Below are positions 19,079 to 27,915 of a stretch of DNA of 64,000 nt, one piece after another. Position numbers and translations under genes: made by a program. The notes under the pieces were generated by a model. That model made no database searches and was not told where the DNA came from. It saw nothing but the letters and a program-made list of their open reading frames with translations. How positions within the stretch are numbered: the first letter of the stretch is position 1; each line of letters starts with the position of its first letter. Source of the stretch: Candidatus Buchananbacteria bacterium (GTDB lineage: Bacteria; Patescibacteriota; Patescibacteriia; CAIXNZ01); NCBI GenBank assembly GCA_014729025.1, contig WJKP01000045.1, forward strand, positions 20,015 to 84,014. The letters are read 5' to 3'.

Positions 19079-19112
19079 AAAGGGAGATCCGAATGGATCT
19101 CCCTTTTTTATT
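19079..19112. terminator. Bidirectional intrinsic terminator between the purF-like gene and lysS
   Basis: The 10-bp perfect stem agggagatcc/ggatctccct has a gaat loop and is flanked by A-run and T-run. Confidence 0.75.
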
Positions 19113-19124
19113 TTTATTTAAATT

Positions 19125-20564
19125 TTATTTTTCAGATTTCATTAATGGAAATAACTGGCATTCACGAGCTGTTTTATCTTCTAAAAATGAAAACAAGCGT
19201 TCTGAAAAACCAAAACCAGCTGTTGGCGGCATACCGTATTCCAAAGCTTCCACAAAATTCTGATCGTGCATTTGAGCTTCCAAATCACCTAATTCACGCA
19301 TTTTAGACTGTTCTTCAAATCTTTCAGCCTGATCTATGGGATCATTTAATTCTGAATACCCGTTCCCCATTTCAGAACCAGCTAAAATAATTTGAAATCT
19401 TTGAACTTTATTGGGATCTTTTGGATCTCTTTTAGCTAATGGTGAAACTTCAACCGGATGATTAATTAAAAAAACAGGACCAACAATGGTTTTTCTAACT
19501 TGTTTCCATAAAATATCAATCAAACGGGCTTTTGATAAATTATTATCAAAATCAACTTTTAATTCTTTTAATTTTTTAATTAAAGCTTCTTTGGTTGACT
19601 TGGTTACATCAATCTCAAATTCTTTCTGAATAATCTTCACGTAATCAATTTCCTGCCAAGGCTGATCAAAATCCACAGTAAAACCATTAATCTCAAACTG
19701 TAATTTGTTATAAACTTGCTTTAATATATATTTATACATTTTTTCAACCAATTGCATCATCTGTTTATAATCAGCATAAGCCCAATAACATTCCATTTGG
19801 GTATAATCTTGTAAATGTTCCCGGCTAATCCCCTCATTACGAAATTGTCGGCCAATTTCAAAGGTTTTTTCAAAACCAGCCACCATTAATCTTTTTTGCC
19901 ATAATTCCCCCATAGAAATACGCAAATATAAATCAATGTCTAAAACTTTATGATGAGTAATAAAAGGCTCAGCGTCAGCTCCGCCAGGCGTAGTTTCCAA
20001 AACCGGAGTTTCAACTTCTAAAAATTCGTTTTTTAATAAAAAATCACGACAAGACTGCCAAAATTTGGCTTTGCGATAAAATAATTCTTTTAATTCTGGA
20101 TTGGCAATAAAATCCAAATAGCGCTTTCTCAACTTTAATTCTTCATCTGTTAAACCATGCCATTTTTCCGGTAAAGGCCGCAAAGCTTTGGCTAATAATT
20201 GATAATTTTTTATTTTAATTGAAATTTCACCTTTATGAGTTTTAAAAACTTCACCTTCAATCCCAATAAAATCGCCCATATCAATATTTTTTACAAACCA
20301 TTTATAATCTTCTTTACCAACTGTATCAACTTGCAAAGCAATTTGCATTTTTTGAGTCTCATCCATTAAATGACCAAAACAAAGCTTGCCCATATCCCTA
20401 ATTGTCATAAGCCGTCCAGCAGTTTTAACTTTAGTACCTAGCTCAGAATTATAAGCTTGTTTTAAACTATTTTGTTTATCAAAATTAGACGGATAAGTCT
20501 TAATTCCTTCCGCTTTAATTTTGGCTAATTTATTTAAACGATTTTGTTTCTCGTCCTGAGCCAT
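19125..20564 (-). CDS. lysS: Lysyl-tRNA synthetase (class II)
   Basis: MAQDEKQNRLNKLAKIKAEGIKTYPSNFDK is followed by an OB anticodon-binding domain and a class II core (FLEVETPVLETTPGGADAEPF, GSEMGNGYSELNDP). Confidence 0.9.
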   Translation of the reverse strand: MAQDEKQNRLNKLAKIKAEGIKTYPSNFDKQNSLKQAYNSELGTKVKTAGRLMTIRDMGKLCFGHLMDETQKMQIALQVDTVGKEDYKWFVKNIDMGDFIGIEGEVFKTHKGEISIKIKNYQLLAKALRPLPEKWHGLTDEELKLRKRYLDFIANPELKELFYRKAKFWQSCRDFLLKNEFLEVETPVLETTPGGADAEPFITHHKVLDIDLYLRISMGELWQKRLMVAGFEKTFEIGRQFRNEGISREHLQDYTQMECYWAYADYKQMMQLVEKMYKYILKQVYNKLQFEINGFTVDFDQPWQEIDYVKIIQKEFEIDVTKSTKEALIKKLKELKVDFDNNLSKARLIDILWKQVRKTIVGPVFLINHPVEVSPLAKRDPKDPNKVQRFQIILAGSEMGNGYSELNDPIDQAERFEEQSKMRELGDLEAQMHDQNFVEALEYGMPPTAGFGFSERLFSFLEDKTARECQLFPLMKSEK

Positions 20565-20653
20565 AATTTTTATTTATTATTGATTAACTAGCTATTTTAA
20601 AGCAATTAGCTTGCAATAACTATATTCTACCTTTAATTAGGCCAAAAGGTCAA

Positions 20654-20692
20654 ACCCCCGTATTTACTAAAATACGGGGTTTGACTAATAAA
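20654..20692 (-). terminator. Intrinsic terminator downstream of greA
   Basis: The stem caaacccccgtattt/aaatacggggtttg has a short loop and a T-run on the minus strand. Confidence 0.55.
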
Positions 20693-20707
20693 CTATCATT
20701 CAATATT

Positions 20708-21169
20708 TTAATCAATTGATAAAATTTTATATTTTATTATCCCTGAAGGAGTTTCAACTTCAACAACATCATTTTTTTTATGACCAATAAAAGCCTTGCC
20801 AATCGGTGACTCATTCGAAATTAATCCCTGCAAAGGATCTGATTCTGACGGTCCAACAATAGTAAATTCTTTTTCTTTGCCATCATAACTAGTCTTAATA
20901 GTATCACCAATACTAATAGTACTTTTATCACCATTATTATTAATAACTATTGATTTTTTTATTATTTCTTCTAATTCCCTAATTCTTGCTTCATTTAATC
21001 CCTGATCATCTTTAGCCTCATGATATTCGGCGTTTTCTGATAAATCACCCAATTTAATCGCTTCTTCTATTCGCTGACGAATTTCATTTCTTTTTTCATT
21101 TTTACGATATTCCAATTCTTTTTTTAATTTTTCCAGGCCTTCTTTTGTTAAATATTCTTCTTCTGGCAT
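20708..21169 (-). CDS. greA: Transcription elongation factor GreA
   Basis: LTKEGLEKLKKELEYRKNEKRNEIRQRIEEAIKLGDLSENAEYHEAKDDQGLNEARIRELEEII matches the Gre coiled-coil domain. An FKBP-like C-terminus follows. Confidence 0.85.
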   Translation of the reverse strand: MPEEEYLTKEGLEKLKKELEYRKNEKRNEIRQRIEEAIKLGDLSENAEYHEAKDDQGLNEARIRELEEIIKKSIVINNNGDKSTISIGDTIKTSYDGKEKEFTIVGPSESDPLQGLISNESPIGKAFIGHKKNDVVEVETPSGIIKYKILSID

Positions 21170-21277
21170 AAATTAATTTTTATTTTTTAAACAATATTAT
21201 AAAAATAACAAAACAAAAAAAAATCGTCAAGCCTTTATCCACATAGATACTAATTTATCAATCTGATAAAATCTTGT

Positions 21278-21562
21278 CTATTCTAATTGCCGATCTTCTA
21301 AAATAATTATATCAGTAAGTGCAATAATTTTATGATATTGATTAGCAGGAATTCTAATTTTTACCGAGGATTTAATTTTTTGTTCATCCTCGCCAATGAT
21401 TATTTTAATTTCACCTTTTAACAAATATAAAATTTCAGGATCAATATGTTTATGATCTGCGCTTATTGTCCCCTTTCTTCTTTCAATAAAATTCAATTTA
21501 TCACAATCATACATTATACCTCTTGCATCATCTTTTAATACTTTTATCTTTTTAAAATCCAT
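21278..21562 (-). CDS. Small cupin-domain protein
   Basis: It is 94 aa. ADHKHIDPEILYLLKGEIKIIIGEDEQ is a cupin-like beta motif. Confidence 0.45.
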   Translation of the reverse strand: MDFKKIKVLKDDARGIMYDCDKLNFIERRKGTISADHKHIDPEILYLLKGEIKIIIGEDEQKIKSSVKIRIPANQYHKIIALTDIIILEDRQLE

Positions 21563-21574
21563 AATTGTAAATTA

Positions 21575-23503
21575 TTAGTCGTTTTGTAAATAATCATTAA
21601 AATACCAATTTAAAACTTCATAAGCAATTGGCACACTAACCTGACTACCTTCACCTCCTTCTTCAACTAAAACAGTAATCACCACTTCTGGATTATCATA
21701 AGGAGCAAAACCTGTAAACCAGGCGTGATTATTTTTATCTTTACGCCATTGAGCAGTACCAGTTTTTCCAGATACGGAAAAATTTAAATTATTTAAATAT
21801 TGGGCACTGCCATTTGTTACGGTTTGACGCATTGCTTGCTTAATAATATTTAAATTATCCTGATTAATAAAACCGTCTCTTAAAATTTTAGGGCTAATTT
21901 TTCTTGATTCATTTTGATTGGAAAATACTTCTTTAACCAAATGGGGTTGATACAATGTACCTCCATTAGCAAAAACAGAAGTAAAATTAGCGACTTGTAA
22001 AGGAGTCACCAATAAATCACCCTGTCCTATAGCAATGTGATAAGTATCACCAATATACCATTCTTCATCTTTTACTTTAATTTTCCAATCAGGATCAGGT
22101 ACCAAACCATGTTCTTCTCCAATTAAATCTATACCAGTTTCTTGCCCTAAGCCAAATAAATTATAATATTTTTTTAAACCCTCAACGCCTAAACCTTGAA
22201 AATCCTCGTAACCGCCGCCAATAATATAAAAATAAGTATTAACTGACCAAGCAATAGCTTTATAAACATTAGTTAAACCGTGCCCACCAGTTGCCCAATC
22301 AGGAAAAAACCAACGATCATATAACCAAAGTCCGCCAGAACTCATAAAACTAGTTCTGTCAGTAATAATCCCTTGATCTAAAGCACCAGCTGCTACAACC
22401 GGTTTAATTGTTGAACCTGAGGGATATTCCCCTTTTATTGTCCGATTAAATAAAGGCTGATCCTCATTTTCTATTAATTGTTTATAATCTTGACTAGATA
22501 TCCCTTTAGCAAACAAATTATTATCAAAATCAGGTAAACTAACCAATGCCAGTATTTCCCCATTTTGTGGATTCAACATGACCAAACTGGCTCTTTTTTT
22601 ATTCAATCTAGTCAAATAGCTGTTTAATATTTCCCTAACTTTTTGCTGAACATTTTTATCAATACTCAAAATTAAATTTTCACCACTTTGCGGCTCTTCA
22701 TAGTAAAGCACTTTTTTTTCTTGCCCCATAACATCGACTTCTACGCGTTTTTTGCCATATTCACCTCTTAAAACATCTTCATAAGCTAATTCCAAGCCGG
22801 TCTTGCCAATATAATCATTTAATAAATAATCGCTATTATATTTTTCCAATTCTATTTTTGTGATTTTACCCAAATAACCCAAAATATGAGAAAAATCAAT
22901 CGCATTATTGTATTCCCTTTGATTCCTCGTCTCTATATATAAACCCGGAATTTGTTGAGCTTTAATTTTTAATAAAAGTGCGTCTTGATAATCAATATTT
23001 TCTCTGATTGTTAAAAAATATTTAAAATTCCTAGGATACTCGTTAAGTAATTCGGCTATTTTATTTTTATCCTGATTAATTACTTGACAGATTAATTCAA
23101 TTTGCTCAGCCCGTTTTCCCGTATTTAAACTTAAATCCTTAGGTAAAATTAAAGCGTCAAAAATTGGCACATTTTTAACTAATGGCTGTTTATTTTTATC
23201 GTAAATTAAACCCCTTGCCGCTAAAACTGGTTTTTCCACGGTTCTATTTATCTCTGCTAATTGCACATAATGCTCACCTTTAACTACCTGTAATTGAAAT
23301 GTCCTGACAAATAACAAGCTTAAACCTAAAAAAATCAAAATCAAAAATATATTTATCTTTTTTTCAGATAAATGCTTGCCCAAAAATTCATCATTATTTT
23401 TATAGCTATCAGCGGTTTCCGTATTAAATTCATCATTATAAAAAAAATCTTCTTCAATTTCTTGGGATTTTTTATATTTTCTTTTAATAAAAAGTGATTT
23501 CAT
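21575..23503 (-). CDS. mrdA: Penicillin-binding protein 2 (elongasome transpeptidase)
   Basis: An N-terminal TM and a PBP dimer domain are followed by transpeptidase motifs SGSTIKP (SxxK), SVN and SGKTGTAQ (KTG). The gene is adjacent to mreBCD. Confidence 0.85.
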   Translation of the reverse strand: MKSLFIKRKYKKSQEIEEDFFYNDEFNTETADSYKNNDEFLGKHLSEKKINIFLILIFLGLSLLFVRTFQLQVVKGEHYVQLAEINRTVEKPVLAARGLIYDKNKQPLVKNVPIFDALILPKDLSLNTGKRAEQIELICQVINQDKNKIAELLNEYPRNFKYFLTIRENIDYQDALLLKIKAQQIPGLYIETRNQREYNNAIDFSHILGYLGKITKIELEKYNSDYLLNDYIGKTGLELAYEDVLRGEYGKKRVEVDVMGQEKKVLYYEEPQSGENLILSIDKNVQQKVREILNSYLTRLNKKRASLVMLNPQNGEILALVSLPDFDNNLFAKGISSQDYKQLIENEDQPLFNRTIKGEYPSGSTIKPVVAAGALDQGIITDRTSFMSSGGLWLYDRWFFPDWATGGHGLTNVYKAIAWSVNTYFYIIGGGYEDFQGLGVEGLKKYYNLFGLGQETGIDLIGEEHGLVPDPDWKIKVKDEEWYIGDTYHIAIGQGDLLVTPLQVANFTSVFANGGTLYQPHLVKEVFSNQNESRKISPKILRDGFINQDNLNIIKQAMRQTVTNGSAQYLNNLNFSVSGKTGTAQWRKDKNNHAWFTGFAPYDNPEVVITVLVEEGGEGSQVSVPIAYEVLNWYFNDYLQND

Positions 23504-24024
23504 GTCTTTATTAAAAAAGCTAAATTTAATCTTTTATACGTAATTTTGGCAATAATAAAAATTAAAGCCATTAAACTTAAATTTAATATTATTTGTTTTA
23601 CAAAAGAATCGAGCAAAAGTCTATCCATTGTTATATAAATATTAGATAAATTAAATAAATAAAACAAAAATGAAAATAAAACAATAAATATAAAATAAAA
23701 TAAAGTGGATAAAGAAATCAGTATCAAGCTAGTATTAAAAGATAAATTAATAAAAATATTTTTATATAAAAAATTAACCAATAATAAAACTAATAAAAAA
23801 ATTACAATAAAACTACCGATTGGCAGAAATGAATAAACACTTAAAAAAAGTCCGATGAAAATTGCAAAAATAAAACCCAAATTAAATCCCCAAATTATTG
23901 TAACAAAAATTAAAAAAACCAATAATAAATTCAAATCACTCAAAACCCCAAAAGCGCTCAAAACACTTTGCTGAATCAAAACCAAAAAGAAGGATAAAAA
24001 TAAATAATATAAATATTTAATCAT
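23500..24024 (-). CDS. mreD: Rod shape-determining protein MreD-like polytopic membrane protein
   Basis: It is a 174-aa highly hydrophobic protein directly downstream of mreC, with a 4-bp overlap with the PBP2 gene. Confidence 0.5.
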   Translation of the reverse strand: MIKYLYYLFLSFFLVLIQQSVLSAFGVLSDLNLLLVFLIFVTIIWGFNLGFIFAIFIGLFLSVYSFLPIGSFIVIFLLVLLLVNFLYKNIFINLSFNTSLILISLSTLFYFIFIVLFSFLFYLFNLSNIYITMDRLLLDSFVKQIILNLSLMALIFIIAKITYKRLNLAFLIKT

Positions 24025-24835
24025 TACTAAAAAATTTAGGAATTATAACACTTAAAAAAGTTATTTCTTCATAATCAACCAAAGGGCTAATTGTCACTGA
24101 TTTAAACAAATCATTTTCATGACTAATTATCCTATTTACTTTACCCAAAATTAAACCTCTGGGAATATTTTTTTCTAAACCAGAAGTAATTATTAAATCA
24201 TCTTGTTTAATTTCTAAATCTTGCGGTATTAAATCTACTTTAATGCTTAAACCAAATTCACCTTGAGCTAAACCAGTTGTTTTATTAGTGTCAATTTTAC
24301 TAATTGCCAATTGACTTAAATTATCAGTAACAAGTAAAACAGTAGAGAGATTATCCCTTACTGAAATTGTTTTACCAATAATTATACCATTATCAACAAC
24401 TACCGGGTAACCTTCTTTAATCCCTTGCTGACTGCCTTTATTAATTAACAAGGTATTATCTTTATCCATATCTCTACCGATCACCTTAGCTGTTAAATAA
24501 TCAAAGTCATTTTCTTGAAAATAATTCAAAAGCTCTTTTAATTTCTCATTTTCTAACTTATAAGCCTTTAATTGACTATTTTCATAAATTAGCTGATTCA
24601 ATTCACTTTGTAACTGCTCATTTTCACTTTTAAAAGCCTGGGCTTCTTGGTAATTAATAAAGGAAAATCTTAATTTGGTTAAAAAAGTGTAGGTTTCATG
24701 CTGCAAATCAGTTAAAACTCTTAAAGTATAATATTCTGGTTTAACCAAAACGCCTAAGTAATGTAAAAAAATAAGCAGTACAATAACTGCTAAAATATAA
24801 ATTTTTATTTTACGATTTTTTCTTTTCTCAATCAT
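24017..24835 (-). CDS. mreC: Rod shape-determining protein MreC
   Basis: An N-terminal TM and a coiled coil (QLQSELNQLIYENSQLKAYKLENEKLKELL) are followed by a beta-rich periplasmic domain (GYPVVVDNGIIIGKTISV). Confidence 0.75.
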   Translation of the reverse strand: MIEKRKNRKIKIYILAVIVLLIFLHYLGVLVKPEYYTLRVLTDLQHETYTFLTKLRFSFINYQEAQAFKSENEQLQSELNQLIYENSQLKAYKLENEKLKELLNYFQENDFDYLTAKVIGRDMDKDNTLLINKGSQQGIKEGYPVVVDNGIIIGKTISVRDNLSTVLLVTDNLSQLAISKIDTNKTTGLAQGEFGLSIKVDLIPQDLEIKQDDLIITSGLEKNIPRGLILGKVNRIISHENDLFKSVTISPLVDYEEITFLSVIIPKFFSND

Positions 24836-24842
24836 ACATTAA

Positions 24843-25895
24843 TTATAACTCATCTTCCTGCGATGCCGACGAAGTAATTTTCTTTAATAAATCCAAATCA
24901 TCCAATAAATAACCCGTCCCCCTAACTACTGCGGTTAAAGGATCATCAGCAACATATACAGGAATTTGTGTAGCCCTAGATATAGCCTTATCTAAACCTT
25001 TTAATAGCGCCCCACCGCCAGTTAAAAGAATTCCTCGTTCATAAATATCAGCCACCAATTCCGGCGGAGTAATTTCCAAAGTCGCTTTAATATTGTCAGT
25101 TATTGATCTGATTGATTTTACTAATGCTTCCCTAATTTGCTCGTCACTGACAATAATTTCTTTGGGTAATCCGGATACCAAATCTCTACCACGCATTTGA
25201 GTTTCTAATGGCTGTTTTAATTCAACAGCTGAACCGACTTTCATTTTAATATTCTCAGCAACTCTTTCACCTAAAAGTAAATTAAATTTATTTCTAGCAT
25301 ATTGAATAATATTTTTATTCATCTCGTCACCGGCTATTTTAATGGTTTTCCAAGTAACAATGCCGCCTAGAGAGATGACTGAAATCTCTGTTGTACCACC
25401 GCCAATATCAACCACCATGTTCCCCAAAGCATCCTCTATTGGCAAACGACAACCAATGGCAGCTGCCATAGACTCTTCTACCAAATAAACTTCCCTGGCA
25501 CCGGCTGAAATCGCTGCATCTTCCACGGCTTTTTTTTCAACTTCAGTAACATCCAAGGGAATACCAATCACAACTCTGGGGCGCGGTAATAAATAAAAAC
25601 CTTCTCTATGAGTTTTATCAATAAAATATTTTAACATTTTTTCCGTAACTTCAAAATCAGAAATAACACCATCAACCAACGGCCTAATAGCTGTAATATG
25701 CCCCGGTGTTTTACCAATCATTTTTCTAGCTTCATCACCAACAGCTAAAATCTGATCATTTCTTATATTGATTGCCACAACTGAAGGTTCATTAATTACA
25801 ATTCCCTTATCTTTAACATAAACCAAAGTATTAGCCGTACCTAAATCAATACCAATATCTTGTGAAAATCTGCCTAATATGCGATCAAATATCAT
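24843..25895 (-). CDS. mreB: Rod shape-determining actin homolog MreB
   Basis: DIGIDLGTANTLVYVKDKGIVINEPSVVA, VVDIGGGTTEISVISLGG and PVYVADDPLTAVVRGTG are present. Confidence 0.9.
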   Translation of the reverse strand: MIFDRILGRFSQDIGIDLGTANTLVYVKDKGIVINEPSVVAINIRNDQILAVGDEARKMIGKTPGHITAIRPLVDGVISDFEVTEKMLKYFIDKTHREGFYLLPRPRVVIGIPLDVTEVEKKAVEDAAISAGAREVYLVEESMAAAIGCRLPIEDALGNMVVDIGGGTTEISVISLGGIVTWKTIKIAGDEMNKNIIQYARNKFNLLLGERVAENIKMKVGSAVELKQPLETQMRGRDLVSGLPKEIIVSDEQIREALVKSIRSITDNIKATLEITPPELVADIYERGILLTGGGALLKGLDKAISRATQIPVYVADDPLTAVVRGTGYLLDDLDLLKKITSSASQEDEL

Positions 25896-25902
25896 AAATT
25901 TA

Positions 25903-27159
25903 TTATTTTAAATTATCATTTAAATATTTAACGACTTTCTCAAATTTTATTAATTCAATATTATCATTGGAACGTTTCTTTAATTCAACACTTGCTTGCT
26001 TCAGTGTTTTATCACTAATTACTAATCGAACTGGCAAACCTATCAAATCAGCATCATTTAATTTAATTCCTGGAGATTCCAAGCGATCATCAAATAAAAC
26101 CTCATAACCTGATTGAGTTAATTCATTATAAATATCTTCAGATTTTTTAATAAGCCGCTTATTATCTGATAATGCCAGCAAATGAACTTGATAAGGTGCC
26201 ACACTGACTGGCCAAATAATGCCTTTTGCATCATTATTTACTTCCACCAATGTCCCCATGATTCGACTTAAACCAATGCCATAACAACCCATAACAATAT
26301 CTTTTTTCTGACCATTTTCATCTATATAATTAAAGGCAAAATCCTTAGAAAAACGATTGCCTAACTTAAAGATATTACCAGTTTCAATAGCCTTTGCTTC
26401 TTTAAATTTATCCTTAGATGCCTTACATTCTTCACATTCTTTTATTTCGGTTATTATTTCCTTATTATAAGCCAAATTACAATTTTCGCAAATATAAATA
26501 ATATCTTCACCATTATCAGCTAAGGTCTGGAATTCATGAGAATATTTGGTAAAAACGCCGCCTGAAGCAAAAGTCCAATAAGTTAAATCTTTTAAACCTA
26601 ATCTTTTGAAAATTTTAAAATAAGATAATTTGACTTTTTGATAATAGTTGTTTAAATCGGCTTCATCCTTATGAAACGAATACAAATCTTTCATTAAAAA
26701 TTCCCGGCCACGCAACAAACCAGATTTTGCTCTTGGTTCATTACGAAATTTATCCTGGATCTGATAAATATATTTCGGTAAATCTTTATAAGAAAAAATA
26801 TTTTTTTTAACTAAAGGGGTAACAACTTCTTCATGGGTAGCACCCAAAGCATATTCTTTATTATCATGCCCCTGCAATTTAAATAAAGCGTCAAACCCTT
26901 CCCAACGATTAGTTTTTTCCCAATTTTGCTTAGGAGTTAAAGCCGGCATTAAAATTTCCTGCCCACCAATCTCGTTCATTTCTTGTCTGATTATATTCTC
27001 AATTTTAGCCAAAACTTTAAGCCCTAAGGGTAAATAAGTATAAACTCCGGTAGTTAATTTATCAATAAAACCAGCTCGGATTAATAATACTGCATTTAAG
27101 CTTTTTTCATCCCCTTCTATTTGTTTTTTTGTTTTAGTTAATAAAAAAGATTGTCTCAT
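25903..27159 (-). CDS. proS: Prolyl-tRNA synthetase (compact form without editing domain, Cys-cluster insertion)
   Basis: The N-terminus is LIRAGFIDKLTTGVYTYLPLGLKVLAKIENIIRQEMNEIGGQEILMPAL. A class II core is present. The Zn-ribbon-like insertion is CENCNLAYNKEIITEIKECEECK. Confidence 0.7.
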   Translation of the reverse strand: MRQSFLLTKTKKQIEGDEKSLNAVLLIRAGFIDKLTTGVYTYLPLGLKVLAKIENIIRQEMNEIGGQEILMPALTPKQNWEKTNRWEGFDALFKLQGHDNKEYALGATHEEVVTPLVKKNIFSYKDLPKYIYQIQDKFRNEPRAKSGLLRGREFLMKDLYSFHKDEADLNNYYQKVKLSYFKIFKRLGLKDLTYWTFASGGVFTKYSHEFQTLADNGEDIIYICENCNLAYNKEIITEIKECEECKASKDKFKEAKAIETGNIFKLGNRFSKDFAFNYIDENGQKKDIVMGCYGIGLSRIMGTLVEVNNDAKGIIWPVSVAPYQVHLLALSDNKRLIKKSEDIYNELTQSGYEVLFDDRLESPGIKLNDADLIGLPVRLVISDKTLKQASVELKKRSNDNIELIKFEKVVKYLNDNLK

Positions 27160-27593
27160 ATTTTTAAACTTGGTTTAGTTTTATAGCTCATAAAAAATAA
27201 TTCCAATAAAGTAAAGGCTAAAATTAATAAAATAATATTTTTCCAAGCCAATAAATCAAGGCTTTTTAAATGCAAGCTGATAATAATTAATAAAGAAAAC
27301 CAAATCGCCTGGCGAAAAGAGATAATAACTTTTTTTAAAACTAATTTTTCTTTAGTAAAAATTAGCCTAACAAAAAGACCAAAAACAGAAAAACTGCCAA
27401 TTAATGTTAAAAATAAGCTTAAATAAAAAAATAATAATGCCCAAATTCCACCGGCAAATGGATCAAAAAAATAAACTACAGCTAAAAAAGCTAACAAACA
27501 AGCAATTGTAGCTAATAACATTAAAAAAATATAACTACGCAAAGACATACTTAATAATATTAAGTCTTTAAAAATATATCTTAACTTTAGCAA
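27156..27593 (-). CDS. hypothetical polytopic membrane protein
   Basis: It is 145 aa with four hydrophobic helices. The ATGA overlap with proS suggests co-translation. Confidence 0.4.
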   Translation of the reverse strand: MLKLRYIFKDLILLSMSLRSYIFLMLLATIACLLAFLAVVYFFDPFAGGIWALLFFYLSLFLTLIGSFSVFGLFVRLIFTKEKLVLKKVIISFRQAIWFSLLIIISLHLKSLDLLAWKNIILLILAFTLLELFFMSYKTKPSLKI

Positions 27594-27618
27594 ATTTTAT
27601 AAATTTTAGCAACTGCTA

Positions 27619-27909
27619 TTAAACAGTAAATTTAATATCTTTCAGTAATTCTTCTTCAAATTTATGATTTATTTTTTCAATTATGTTTTGCTTATAAAAA
27701 ACGAATTCTTGAACAATAACACTACTCAAACAAGCTACTATTAAAATTTTATTTTTAATATAGAGGGGTTTTACTTTTTGAGAAATATTTCCCCCTAAAT
27801 CATCCTGTATTAATTTTTCAAATTCTTTAATTACTAAAGCTGTTTTGACATTTTTATCAAACCCTGATTCTTTTAAGCGTCTATTTAATAAATTTTTTAT
27901 ATGCTGCAT
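27619..27909 (-). CDS. hypothetical small protein
   Basis: It is a 96-aa ORF directly downstream of the helicase-nuclease gene. Confidence 0.4.
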   Translation of the reverse strand: MQHIKNLLNRRLKESGFDKNVKTALVIKEFEKLIQDDLGGNISQKVKPLYIKNKILIVACLSSVIVQEFVFYKQNIIEKINHKFEEELLKDIKFTV

Positions 27910-27915
27910 ATCAAC